Source of the DNA: Cyanophora paradoxa CCMP329
Taxonomy: Eukaryota; Plantae; Glaucophyta
DNA: 64,000 nt
Assembly: GCA_004431415.1 (NCBI GenBank)
Contig: QPMI01000470.1
Coordinates: 372,001 to 436,000 of the forward strand
Direction of reading: 5' to 3'
The translations under genes and the position numbers were made by a program. The notes below the pieces were generated by a model that was not told the origin of the DNA, searched no databases, and saw nothing but the letters and a program-made list of their open reading frames with translations. Positions 38,938 through 50,949 of this stretch are shown here, piece by piece. The first letter of the stretch is position 1; each line of letters opens with the position of its first letter.

Positions 38938-40530
38938 CAGCAGCAGTAGTAGCCCGCGGCGCCAAGCAAAGCAAAAACAGCCGCATGTACCAATACCCCC
39001 CTCTGCCTTCCTTCCTTCCCATCCCTCTTTCCCAAAGTCGATGGACGTGGCACCCTTGGCTTGCCGTTCCGCCGTCCCCCCCTCCACTCCGAAAGAGAAG
39101 TATAATATAGTGGCTCTTCTTCGCATCCGGATTCGGACCCGGGCTTGTAAATGGGATGCTTGCGTTAAGGTATTTTCAACGCTCTTCCCCCTATCTGTTG
39201 TTATTATTATTGGTTTCGCGCCAACTAGTCTATTGGCAGCGCGGTTATAGTCGTCGCTCGCGCTGCTCTATTATTGTCGCCTTTCAAGCTTCGCATATAG
39301 CTTCAGAACCGTATGCAAAGTGTCCATGTCGACGATCTAGCACACCGTGTGGACCTGGACCCGTAAGCAAGTGTAGAAGCAGATCTCGCTCTAGTGCAGA
39401 ATTACTGTAGGTCAACACTAGCAGTACTTCTTTGAATCGGACCGGGCCTTTTCCTGTCCCAGGTGGTGTGCGCGATTCGAGACTCAGCTCACAATTTGGC
39501 AGATGTATATTGTAGTTCACTTCACCCCTAAACTTGAAAGATGATGGACGCTTGAACGTGTAGTGTATTCTAGTGCTCTAGATCTTTTAAATTTCGCTTA
39601 GCTTTCTGGACAGTGTCGAGCTCAATATTAGTGATCATGAGAACAAAACATCAGTCAATCGGTATCAGCCTGCATATATATGCATCTGCCAGTGAAGTCT
39701 GCATGGGGACCGGCACCCAGGCGCCGCCGTGGTCCGTGGCACGCGCCGAGTGGGGTATCGATATATATCGCATGAGCTATACGCCGTTATGGTAACCTTG
39801 AACGATTCTCGGTACGGTGATTATCAACGCATATATATATGGCTCGCCGAGTCGCACTTAAGCTTCACTGAGTCAAGCCTTGACGACAGTGAATTCGAAG
39901 GCCTAATCCACGTTCCTGGCCCAGTGGCAAGATCTTTGATTTAGCTGATCATGATCATGATCATGATCCGATCATGACTCGAGCTCAGTGAGTTTGATTC
40001 GCATGCATACGGTTGCAATTGCTGTCCCGGATCCCGATCCCGATCCCGGAGTCCTGCGCATCATGGCACTGCGGCATGCCGCAGTGCCGCAGCCTGGCAG
40101 TGCATATGGTGGTCCTCAACCTGGCAGGGCCGGGCCTAGGCCTAGCCTAGCAGTCTGGCGGCGCCCGGCCGGGCCCTGGCCGCCGGGCCATGTCGCCCTC
40201 AAGCTAGCGCTCCGAGGCTCCGAGGCTATAGCTAATTAAGTTTTTTTTTATATAAGTCACTAATTGGTAAATTCCTCACCGAGTACTAGTCAGTCAGATT
40301 TCGTGAGCCACGCCACGCGTACAAAGCTAGATTCCGAGCTACGTATACTTTCTCGCGATCGACGTCATGATCGATATATATCGATATCACACACGCGCAC
40401 GTCTCCCCGCGCATGCATATGAACATAGCGTCAACATTGGAAGCCTCGGAGACCTCGGCGCTCTAGATCTAGATCTTAGCAGGCAGCGCTAGATCAACTC
40501 ATATGACATCGGATTGTACGTCATCTGATT

Positions 40531-43500
40531 TCAGCCTTGGGCAGCTGCAGGGGGGCCGGCGCCGGGGGGCGGGCCGCGAGCCGCGCGCCGCCCCCGCCCC
40601 CCCCGCCGCCGCCGAGCGCTGCGGAGGGCGAGAAGGACGGCCAGTGCCGCGGCGAGGGCGGCCAAGAGGGCCGTGTCAGAGGGCAGGCGCCCGAGCCCCG
40701 CGCGCGTCGCCGCCGCCTGCAGCCGCTCCTGCGCAACTGATCAGTTTACGGAGATCAAATTCAGCTTTGTTTACTTCTAGTGCTATATGGTTACGCGCCT
40801 GGGCCCATAGCTGCGCCAAGGCCACCCGCACGAGCCACGAGGAGAATATTTGCCCAGCATCCGCCCCGCCGTCCCCGGCCGCCAGTCTATTTTTGGAATC
40901 AGGCTGCGGGGGGTACCGAGTGGAACGGGGCTCGGGTACTGACCGGTAGAGCTCCCGGGCGCGGCTGAGGTTCCTCCCAACTCCATCTCCCCCGTGGTAC
41001 ATCTTTTTCGGGTGGCCGGTCAGGGCGAGGGTGCCGGAGAGGGGGTACCCCGGACCTGGGCGAGGTTGAAGGACGCCTGCCGTACCCCCGCCTCGCTTGC
41101 GGCTCTGTAGTGCTCCAGGGCTCGGGCCTGCGTACAGGCTCGGTGGACGAAGAAAAAGGAGGGGGGGGGGGGGCAGGGGGGACACGGGGGGGGGGGGGGG
41201 GGATGAACCTTGTCCGGGCCCTCGCCGGTACCCCCCGCCTCAGGCGGATCCAGCGCGCCGCGCCTTCGGAAAGTGAGCCGCGGACGCGAGGATCGTGAAC
41301 CACTGTACCCCCGACGAACCCGTAGTAGTGGTAGTCCCCCAGGGGGAGGTGCAGGTGCCTGTGCCCCTCGTACAGGGCTCGCTCATTGTACTCCCTCGCC
41401 CTTCCGTGCCGCCCGGAGACCGCCGACGGGCCCAGGAATCTGCGAACGAAGAAGTTAAGGGGATGGGGTGGGGGGGGGGGGGGGGGGAGAGAAGGGCGCC
41501 CGGCGGGGGGTACCGATCCAGCATCCAGGCCGCGTTGGCCATCGCGATGGCGTACCCCATCTCGGCCGCCTGCGTCGCGCGGGCGTGATTGGCGTCGCGC
41601 GGGGCGCGCGGGGAATTGACCGGCGGCCGCTGGGCGGCCGCTGGGCGCCGGGCGCGCAGGAGGGGGGTACGTGGGTACGCACCGCCGAGTAGTGCAGGAG
41701 GGCGCGGTGCTCCCTGCGCCCGCCTCAGGCTTAGCCGCCCTCCGGTGATCTCGAGCTCACGAAGGTCGTCCGGAAGGGCCCGAGATTAGGGGAAGGGGCC
41801 CCTGCTGGCTGTCTGTCTGGGCGGCCTCTCGGCCCCGACCCGGGCCCCGCCCCGGCCCCGGCCCTGAAGCTAGCAGCTAGCCCAGCTAGCCAAGCTAGCC
41901 AAGCTAGCCAAACCGGTACCGTTATCAGCCTGAACTCTTACCGGTACCGCTACCGTTATCAGCCCAGCTAGCCAAACCAGTACGGGTACCGTTATCAGTC
42001 CAGCTAGCCAAACCGGTACGGGTACCGAATCTCTAGAGAAGCCGACCCCGACCCCGGCCCCTGCCCCGGCCCCGGCCCCGGCCCCGCCCCCGGCCCCCGG
42101 CCTCCGTCCCGGCCCCGGCCCCGGCCCGCCCCCGGCCCCCGGCCTCCGTCCCGGCCCCGGCCCCGCCCCCGGCCCCGGCCTCCGTCCCGGCCCCGGCCCC
42201 GGCCCCGCCCCCGGTCCCCGGGCGCACCGGTAATCGAGGTAGGCGCCGAATCCGTCCCGAACGGAGCGCGCCCAGGGGCCGAACCCCGCCGCGTGCCGCA
42301 GCCTGGGGGGAGGAGGGTCAGGGGAAGAAGAGTGAAGGAACGGGCGGCGCGAACTCGGCTCGGCCAGCGAGGCCGGCCGCGCCGTGCTAAAGGCTCGAAC
42401 GGGGCCGAAGGGGGGATGCAGAGGAAACGAGGACCAAGGCAGCGAAGGGGAGAGGCACGTCCGCTAAGCGTCGCTCGAGCGGGGCGGGCGGGGCGGGGCG
42501 GGGCGGGGCGGGGCGGGCCGGGGGCTGGGCGCCAAGGGGAGACGTGGGGGAGGCGGGCTGGGGGGGCCCGGGGCGCCGGTCGCGCTAGGGAAATGGCGGC
42601 TCACTAGCTAGAAATTCGAGGCCGGGGCCGGGGCCAGGCCTAGAGAAATTCCGAATCCAAAGGAAGGGCGCACTTGGGTACGGCGGCGGGGGCGCTGCGG
42701 GGGCGCCCCTCGGCCGAGAGGAGCATGACGCCCGTGTGGAAGACAGCGTCCACGTGCCTGCTCGGATCAGATCAGATCAGATCGGATCAGCTCCGATCGG
42801 ATCAGATGTTCTACTCGACAAGCGGCCGCAGGGCTCTCTACTACTGAGTCTCTAGGCCGCGGCGGGGCGCATGAACGGCGCTCAGAAGCCCGGCGACCTC
42901 CGGGACCGCCGCGGGCGGGCTCCGGCGGGCGGGAGCCACGCTCGAAGGGGCGGCGGGACGCTTAAACGGGGCCTGAAGCCCAGAGAGCGTACCCCGCGCG
43001 GGCGACGGCATCGAAGTAGTAGTAGGCCGTGTCCGGGTTCGGCTTCCCGTCCACCGTACCCACCCCGCCTGTGGGGGGTACGGATCAAAGAGGGGTGGGG
43101 GAAGAGGAAGGAGTAGCAGGGGGGTACCGCGGTACATGGACGCGGCGTTGAAGACTGCGTTCGCGTTGCCGCGCACCGCCGCGCGGTCGAACTCCGCCAA
43201 CGCCTGGCGGGGTACCGGAAATCAATGAATTGAGGGGGAAGAAGAGAGTTCGGGGGGGGGGGGGGGGGGACGCGCGCCTTCTTGTGGTCCTGGGGTACGT
43301 GGAGGCCGTGCATGTGCATGTACGCCAGCCCGTTCATCGCCTGGTATCCCCGCGCCCCGCCCGGATGAGTTCCTGCCGGATCGGACGGGGTTACCCCCCT
43401 CCGAACCTCGGTATCCCCCTGTCCAGCGGCCTTCGTGAAGCGATCGAAGGCCGAAGCGTAGTCGACGGCGCATCCCTCGCCCCTAACCTGTGGGGGATAC

Positions 43501-46500
43501 AGGGTCAGCGGGGAGAGTGAGGGGGAGGGAAGGAGGCACAGCGCGCCTCCATGTTCCCGAGCATCGTGGTAGCCCCCACGTGGCCCGTCTCGGCGGCAGC
43601 CGCGTAGTATCTGTTTTTTGGCCGGCCGGGCGCTCGGGCAGGAGAAACAAAAAAAGGACCGGATCGTGAAACAGGGGTACGCACTGGTACGAAGCGGCCA
43701 GGTCCTGCGGTAGCCCCCTCTCCCCGTAGTAGTACCACCTCGCCAGGTTCATCTGAGGCTCAGATGAGCGGAAGGGGGGATGAAGCCGCGGGGGGTACGC
43801 CACCATGGCCCCCACGTCCCCGGAGTCCGCCTTGTACTTCTCGTACTGAATGAGACCGTCGTCCTCCCCCTGGGGGGGGGGGAAGAAGTCGGCCGGGGGT
43901 ACGGAAAGGAGAAAAGGGGGGTACGGACCTTCTGGCCCTCGGCGAGCTTACCCCGCGAGACGTCCTTGAGCCAATTGCCGTCGATCGCGACGCCGCCTCC
44001 CCCGCCGTGCCTGTGCCCTTGGGCTGCACGTACCCCTCAGAATTCAATCGGAGGGGGGTAAAGGAATAGAAACGGGGTACCCTTCTGCGCGGCGACGTGG
44101 TAGTAGTAAGCCGCCGCCTCCGCGTCGTACGGGGCCTGCGAGAGAAAAGTTCGCGAAAGAAAAGAAATTTGAATGGGGATCCGGGGGGGGTACGGCAGCG
44201 CGCCTGGAAGCCGGTGGAGTGGCGGTACCCCAGCGCCATCTGAGCGGAGGACTCGCCGTGGGCGGCCGCCAGGCGGTACAAGGCTACAGCCTACGCCAAA
44301 ATTAGAAGGAGAAGAAAATTAGAGGATGGATTCGTTCTTTCGTTCGCCTTCGAGACGCTTCGGGGCAGCCCGAGCCCCGCCGCGTGGAGCAGTCCGAGGG
44401 ACCAGAGGGCCCGCCCGGCGGCGGGGTGGCCCCCGGCCCCCGCCCCGGCACCCCCGCAGGCGCATCGCTCCAGGAGGCGGGCCGCGGCGGGCGCCAGCAG
44501 CCCGAGATCACCCTCCCGGTCCCACTGCAAGGCTTGAGAGACGAAAAGGGGAGGGGAGAAGCGTGGGGGGTACCAGGTAGTCGAGGCCGGCGTCGCAGGC
44601 GGCGGCGGGGTCCCTCAGATCGCCCCCGGGTACCTCCAGCGCCCCAGCGCCGGCCTCCTGCGAACAAAGAGTGGGTCGGCGGGGTACGCGAACGCGTACG
44701 GCCGCCGTCGGCTGGGTACGGACCTGAGGCCCCAACGCCGGCTGCTGGGAGCGGCCGCTCGACTCGAGGTACTCGGCAGGGGTACCCGACCCGCAGACCT
44801 CCGCGAAGGGTGAGGGGTACATCCCGCGTTCGGCCGCGTGCAGATCGGCCGCCTGAACGGAGTGCGTCGGCGGGCCGGGCAGGGGGCGAGGCGCGGGAGG
44901 GGTAGGGGCACCTCGCGCGGGCCCAGGGCCCGGAGGTAAGTTCGCATCGAACCGAGCATACCCCGGAAGCCCTCCTGAAGAGGTACATGAGAATCAGACG
45001 GCCCAAAGGGCGGAACATGGTTCTGGTGTACCCGGTTCCAGTTCTTTCCGATGTAGAGGGGTCCGTCGTTCATCGCGACCGAGCGGCCGGGGGGTACAGG
45101 AACGCGGGCGTCGGGGCGGCCGTTCACATACAGCTGGAGAGCCTGTCCCCCTCTAGAAAAAAAAGAGTGAGGCGGGGGAAAAGCGGAGGGGAAGGGAAAG
45201 CGGCACCGGCCGGGTTCGAGGACGAGGACGAGGTGGCTCCACGCGTGCAGCGGCAGCCGCGCCGTGCTGGAAAGGGGGGGTATGAGGCGCGTAAGGCGGG
45301 GCAAGCGGGAGGGGGGGTACACCTGTAGAGGGAGATGTAGTTGGTGTCGTCGAGGGAGAGCTGAGGGGGGCAAGATTTAGGAGGGGGGTCAAGGTAGAGC
45401 GGCAGGAGATCGGGGGGAACGCGCCTGGGCGAGGAGCTGGCGGGAGCCGGAGAGGAGCCAGGCGGAGGGGGTACGACAACAGCCGCCGGTCCCTGCGGAC
45501 GCCCCCGGGCTCGGGCTCGGGCGGCTGGGAAGCCTCAAAAAAGGACGCGTACCCTTAAAGAAAACGGAAACGTAGTCCCCGGGGCTGCCGGGCGATCAAA
45601 ACAATGGGCCACGCTTGGGCCCGGGTACCCCGCACCTGTCGCCGGAGGGGTACATCCATAGGGAGACGGAGAAGGCGGCGACGGGGAGGGGTAGGAGCTC
45701 GGCGTGGGGCCACTGCGGCGGGTTAAAGAGGGGGGTACCGGGGGCGGAGGGCGCGGGCGGGGTACCGTGATGCCGTACTCGGGTTGCATGGCGATCGGGG
45801 ATGGGCCGGAGAGATCCTGGGAGACTGAAAGGGCTGTTTCAGTCCGGGTACAGCTCCAGCTCGCCGAAACGGGTACCCGGGAAGGGGCCGGAGGGGTGGG
45901 CGAGGGCGCCGGAGGGGCCGGGTACGCGGTTGGCGGCCTGGAAGACGTCGAGAAGGCCGGGCTGGGGGTACAGGAGCGTCAATTCAGACGCGGGGGTACA
46001 TGTACAGGGGGGGGGGGGGGGGGGGGCCCGAACCTGGGAGGGGAGGTAGGAGGAGAAGGCGGGGCGGCCGCAGCCGGCCTGCGAGGGGGGTACGTGAATG
46101 AACGACGGGGAGGGCTCGGGGCCGCGTGCCTTCAAGCGGACTCGGAAGGGGCGGCTGCGCATGACCCACGCGGCGTCGGGGCCGCCGGCCAGAGGCGCCC
46201 GGTAGTACCTGACGACGTACCCGTCTGCATCGGATTGGGAAGGGGGGAGGAAGTGTCAAGGGGGGGGTACCTGGCCTCGTAGAGCCCCGGCTCGCTGGGC
46301 CCGCGGGCGATGGTTCGAGTCCGGACGGGGCCGGCGGCGTCCTCGGGCAGTGCGGCGGCTGGCGCGGGGTCGGTCCGGGCAGAGCGGGGTAGAGCAAATC
46401 GGGATCGGAGGGAGGGGGGTACCGTGGAAGGCGGAGACCTCGCGGGCGTCTCGGCCCGGCGTGACGTCAACGATGCGGATCAGATCTGAATCGGAGGCTT

Positions 46501-47405
46501 CCCCGGGGGGCACCGACCACCGTACCCCCAGCGCCTCGCTCGTGCAGAGGTCCCTGCGGGTTGTGCCTTCAGGGAAGGGGGAGAAGAGGAAAGGGGGGTA
46601 CGCCCACCTCGCGTCCGTGACGAGGCGGAGGCAGTGGGCGCGCCGGACTGAGACGGCGCCCGAGCGCGCGAGCACCAGCGGCGCCCCGCCAGGCGCCTCG
46701 GGGGCCCGCACGGCCCGGAATCTGCAAACGAAGCGGCTCGAGCGGCGGGATTCGAACTTCGTCGGCGCAGCGGTCGGCGCACTCGAAGCGGCCCTCGCTG
46801 GGGCCGACGCTGGTCCAGAAAGTCGCGCCGGGGAGGGCCTGCGCACGCGCGAGCGCGCGGCTCTAGCTAAGGGCGAAGCCTTCTATCCAGTTCGGCTTGT
46901 GCGCACCGTGTACTCGGCGCCTATGGCGAACTCGACGACCTGTAGGGCGGGCCGGGATCAAATGCGAGGCGGGCGGCGGGCGGCGGGCTGAGGCGCGAGC
47001 GCAGGGCGGCACCGGCTCGAAGAGCGTCGTATCGATCGGCTGCGCGTCCGCCGCCGCCGCGTGGGCGTCCGGCGGCTCAGTCTCGGCCGGCGGATCGGGC
47101 TCGGGCTCCGGCAGCGCCGCGGGCGTGTCGTCCGGATCCTCGTCTCCGCTAGGCGGCTCGGGCAGGTCGCGCAGGGGATACAGGCCTGCGCATGCGGCGC
47201 AGCGATGAGGCACGGCTGGCGCAGGGGATTGAAGCTTCATGGCACCCATGCGGTCGCGGCCGGGCAGAATTGCCTCTCCCTCGCGGTCCCACTGCACGAT
47301 GACGACGTCCGCGGGGCAGGCGGCTCGGTCCGAGACGCGGATGACGAAGGCGGCCGCCTGCCCGACGGCGAGGAGCAGGAGCACCGCTCGTTGCGCCCCT
47401 CGCAT
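40531..47405 (-). CDS. SEL1L/Hrd3-family type I membrane protein with a LamG/ConA-like domain (SEL1L3-like architecture)
   Basis: Signal peptide MRGAQRAVLLLLAVGQAAAF and LamG-like LYVNGRPD...GPLYIGKNW...GFRGMLGSMRTY. Sel1 repeats include SSAQMALGYRHSTG, QMNLARWYYYGERGLPQD, MNGLAYMHMHGLHVPQD and GYAIAMANAAWMLDR. C-terminal TM helix TALLAALAAALAVLLAL is followed by RRRR. Confidence 0.85.
42045..42222. repeat. Intronic GC-rich (CCCCGG)n-type repeat with periodic CCTCCGT
   Basis: Directly visible tandem repeat. Confidence 0.85.
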
Positions 47406-47749
47406 CGCGTGCGCCGGCATCTCCCGCAGCGCCGTAGCTAAGGCTTTTGCATCGGATGCATCCTTCCTCAGGGGTACTTCTTTGTTTCCGCAACCGGCGC
47501 GCTCGGAGCCCGCCTGGGGCGGCTGCGAGCGCTTCGAAAGAGATCCGCGAGCGCCAATCTTCGTTTGCGCGACCGGCAAGTCGGCGCGCGATTTCCAGTC
47601 GGGTCGAGCTAGCGCGCGTGCACGTGGCTCGGCAGCGGCGCCAAGCGAATACAGCTCCGGAGCGCTAAGCACGCAACGCTGGCGCGCTCAAGCCGAATCA
47701 GCGAGTGCTCAGTGCCGGCGCGGGGGCTCCAAGCACGTAGATCCTCATA

Positions 47750-49122
47750 ATGGCGTCGGTTCCGCAGCGCCGGCACAGCCAGAGCGCCGATGTGGAGCAC
47801 GCGGGTGAGGAGCTCGCGTCGATCATGCCCGCGCCCGGCGGGCGGGGGCGGCCCCTCCTCGCCCCGCGCGGACCGGGCGCAGGCGGCCCCGCTGCAGCCG
47901 CCGATGAGCTGCTGGACGATGCGGGCGCGCGCGCCGAGAGCGTCACCGTCGGCGATGATGACTCGGCGGACCCGGAGGCGTCGGTCGCGAAGGGGCACGG
48001 GCGCGGGCACGGCCACGCGCCTCTCGCGTGGAGCCTCACCGGCCCCGCCGCGCCCTCGTTCCAAGTCTTCGCCGCACTGACCGCCATCTTCATCGTGCGC
48101 GATCGAATCTGGATTCGAATTCGAATCCGAGCGCGCGCGCGCGCTCAGCTTTCTCTCTCAGGGCAACCTGTTCATGGGAGAGCTCGCCGGATCCAAGTTC
48201 TTCCAAGTGGGGCCCATCCCCCTCGCCGTCGGCTCTCTCCAGTGGCCCATCGTCTTCGTCAGCACCGACCTCCTCAACGAGTACTTCGGCCCCCCCGGTG
48301 CGGGGGTACCGCTTCATCCGGGACCGGGTACCGCCTCACGCGCGCCGGCGTCCGCAGGGGTACGGCTCGTGACCTACATCGCTGCGGCGATGCTGGTGTA
48401 CTGCTTCGGCCTCCTCACCATATTCGTTTCGATACCCGCCTCGCCCATCTCCCCCCTCACCGGTGCCCTTCCCCCCCCCCGCCCCCCGCGCCCCATCGCC
48501 CATCGAAAGTCGTACCCCCAGATTCCGTGTACTCCACCGTCTTTGGGCAGTCGATGTGGGTCATCGTCGGCTCGCTCGTCGCGTTCCTCTGCTCCCAGTA
48601 CCCCCCCCCCCCCGCCTTGAAATGCGCTACCCCCCTCCATCCGAGCCGCGCCCGTACCCCCAGGTTCATTGACGCGGCGCTGTTCGCGGCCTTCAAGAGC
48701 CGCACGGGGCACCGCCTCCTCTGGCTCCGCGCCACCGGTACCCCCCGCATCCCCTCGCAGCTCTGTACCCCCGCTCACTCGCCCCCCCCCCTCCCCCCCC
48801 ACTCCCCAGGCTCGACGGTGATAAGCCAGCTATTCGACAGCTTCATCATCGGGGCCATCGGCTTCTGGCTCCCCGGAAAGTTCGCGTTCCGAGAGGTGAG
48901 CTCGAGCGCTTTGCTGAGACGAACGCTCACCCAGTGAGACTAACCCCCCCCCCCCCCCCCCCCTCGCCCCCCAAGTTCGTGGTGACGGCGTCGGCGGGGT
49001 ACGCGACGAAGCTGGTCCTGGCGGTGCTTATGACGCCCCTCGTGTACGGGGCCCACTGGGCCATAGACTGGTACCTCGAGCGCGAGGCAGGCGGCGGCGG
49101 TGGCGCCGGCCTGAGCTTGTAG
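47750..49122 (+). CDS. Queuosine-precursor transporter family protein (YhhQ/DUF165/Vut_1), 7 exons
   Basis: The spliced product has family motifs GSLQWPIVFVSTDLLNEYFG, WVIVGSLVAFLCSQ|FIDAALF, KSRTGHRLLWLRAT|GSTVISQLFDSFII and YATKLVLAVLMTPLVY. Six GT-AG introns restore the frame. Confidence 0.88.
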
Positions 49123-49277
49123 AGGAGCTTAAGCTTAAGCTTATTTCAATATTAGCGTTGAGCGTTCGAAAGCTTATTGATATTGAATGCCAACAGCTCG
49201 TGGATATGCTTGCGATTGAAGCTTTTAGATCGCATTTGCGCGGTTCGAGTTCGGTTCACTGGTCAGCTAGTACTACT

Positions 49278-50231
49278 CTAGAGAGGGTCCCCGACGATTT
49301 CGGCGGGGGACAAGGGGAGCTCCACAGGGACGGGGGCGTACCCCGCCCCACGGCGGGCCGCGAACCAGTCGCGGACGAAGGCGGCGGCCCAGACGGGTAC
49401 GTGGCAGCACGCCGCGGTCACGAGAGCCATCGCGTAGGCCGCCGGCCACGACGAAATCGACCTGGGGGGGGGGCTTCAGCCGGGGGTACAGGGTTTGGCG
49501 GACGAGGGGGGTACGCACGTGTCGAGGAAGCCGTAGGTCCACTCGCCCGAGACGGCGTAGTACACGCGGGCGAAGAGGGCGTACAGGACCACGAGGGCTG
49601 CGCGGGGCGTGGGGGCGCGCCCCGGGGTACGGGGATTCGGGAGGAGGGGGGGGTACCCACCCTCGAGCCAGAAGACGTGCCACCAGGGGACGGGCACGCG
49701 GCCCGCGGCGATCTGCGAGGTGGATGGCTCAGCGAGATACGGGTACGTTAACGCTCATGAAGCGACGGCGGCTCGGCTCGCCTCGACGGCGGCGAGGGCG
49801 ATGTTGCCCCCGTGGCGGGCGCGGTCAAGGAACAGGTCGAGGGGCGTCCGGATGTACTTCTGAGCGTCGGCGTACAGGATCGAAAAGTAGACGAGGCTCA
49901 GGAACAGAGCCGCGCCGCTTGCCGCCGGGAAGAGGCGCGCCCCGGCGGCCGCCGCCCGGTCGCAGGCGCGCGCGAAGGCGGAGCTGGGGCCGGCGCCCTC
50001 GCTGGCGGGCTGCGGGTGCTGCCGGAGCTGCGGCACGCCGCCGAGCGCGAGGAGGTCCAGGGAGAGAGCGAGGAGGCAGAAGGCCCACGTCGTGAAGAAT
50101 CGCGTGGAGGACGCGTCGACGGCGAGGAGCAGGACCACGACGCTCGTCGCGTACGTCGCGAGGACGATGCGGAGAACCGCGAGCGCCCTCGGGGAGACAC
50201 AAGAGGCGCCGGCGGCCGCGGGGCCCGCCAT
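49278..50231 (-). CDS. Multi-pass membrane protein, rolling-stone / FAR-17a-AIG1-like
   Basis: Motifs FFTTW, SLVYFSILY, HGGN and GEWTYGFLD within about six hydrophobic segments. Confidence 0.7.
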
Positions 50232-50949
50232 CTCGCGCCAAACTTGAATCGATCTCCGCTGGTCGGCGGAGCGGCTGCACTACCTGTTCGGACCTCTCGA
50301 GCACATGGAAAGCTCTCCCAGCTAGCTCGTGGGCTGGGGCTCGGCTGGCTGAGCGCGTTCAACAGCTTGCGCGTCAGCGGCCAGCTTTGAATGGCACTAG
50401 CGAGTGCGCCAAGCCTTGTATAGGGAACTTTGGAAGCAGCGAGTCCGGTCCCAACTTCCGGCCAGCGAGCCGCCGGGCGAAGAGGGGTACGCAACTCCGG
50501 ATCCGGATCCAGTTGCCTCTGAGCCAGCAGAGCGCTAGCCGGCGCCACGCGGGGTGCCGGCGCCGCTTTAAATTCCGCGCGCGGCCCGGCCTTTCTCAAT
50601 GCATATATGTGAGATCGCGCTCGCGCCCACGCTAGCGCTAACGCTAGCTGCTTGGGTTGCAGGAGAGCTGGCCCTGCGCACGCGGCGTGCACGTGTGCAG
50701 GTTCGCATGCATGTTCATGTATCATAGTATGCGCTGCGGCGCCGGCCGCGGCCGCGCGCGCCTCGCGCGTGGCGCATGGGCATGCGCGCATCGATATCGC
50801 CCTACTGCACTCTGCCGCAGTGCGCAAGCGCCCCCTCTTCATGATCACAAAGGAAATTCAAGCGCGCGAATTCTTTAGATATCTTTCGCGGAATATGTAT
50901 CGAGCATTTTACGTAGCCCAGACTGAGAAGGTGCCTCGCCGAGTCGAGA

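Noticed and set aside
22905-39155. TGTAA polyadenylation signal as in green algae (seen near 22911, 27371 on the minus strand and 39147)
   Set aside because: It was not seen after several other stop codons, so it is too inconsistent to call.
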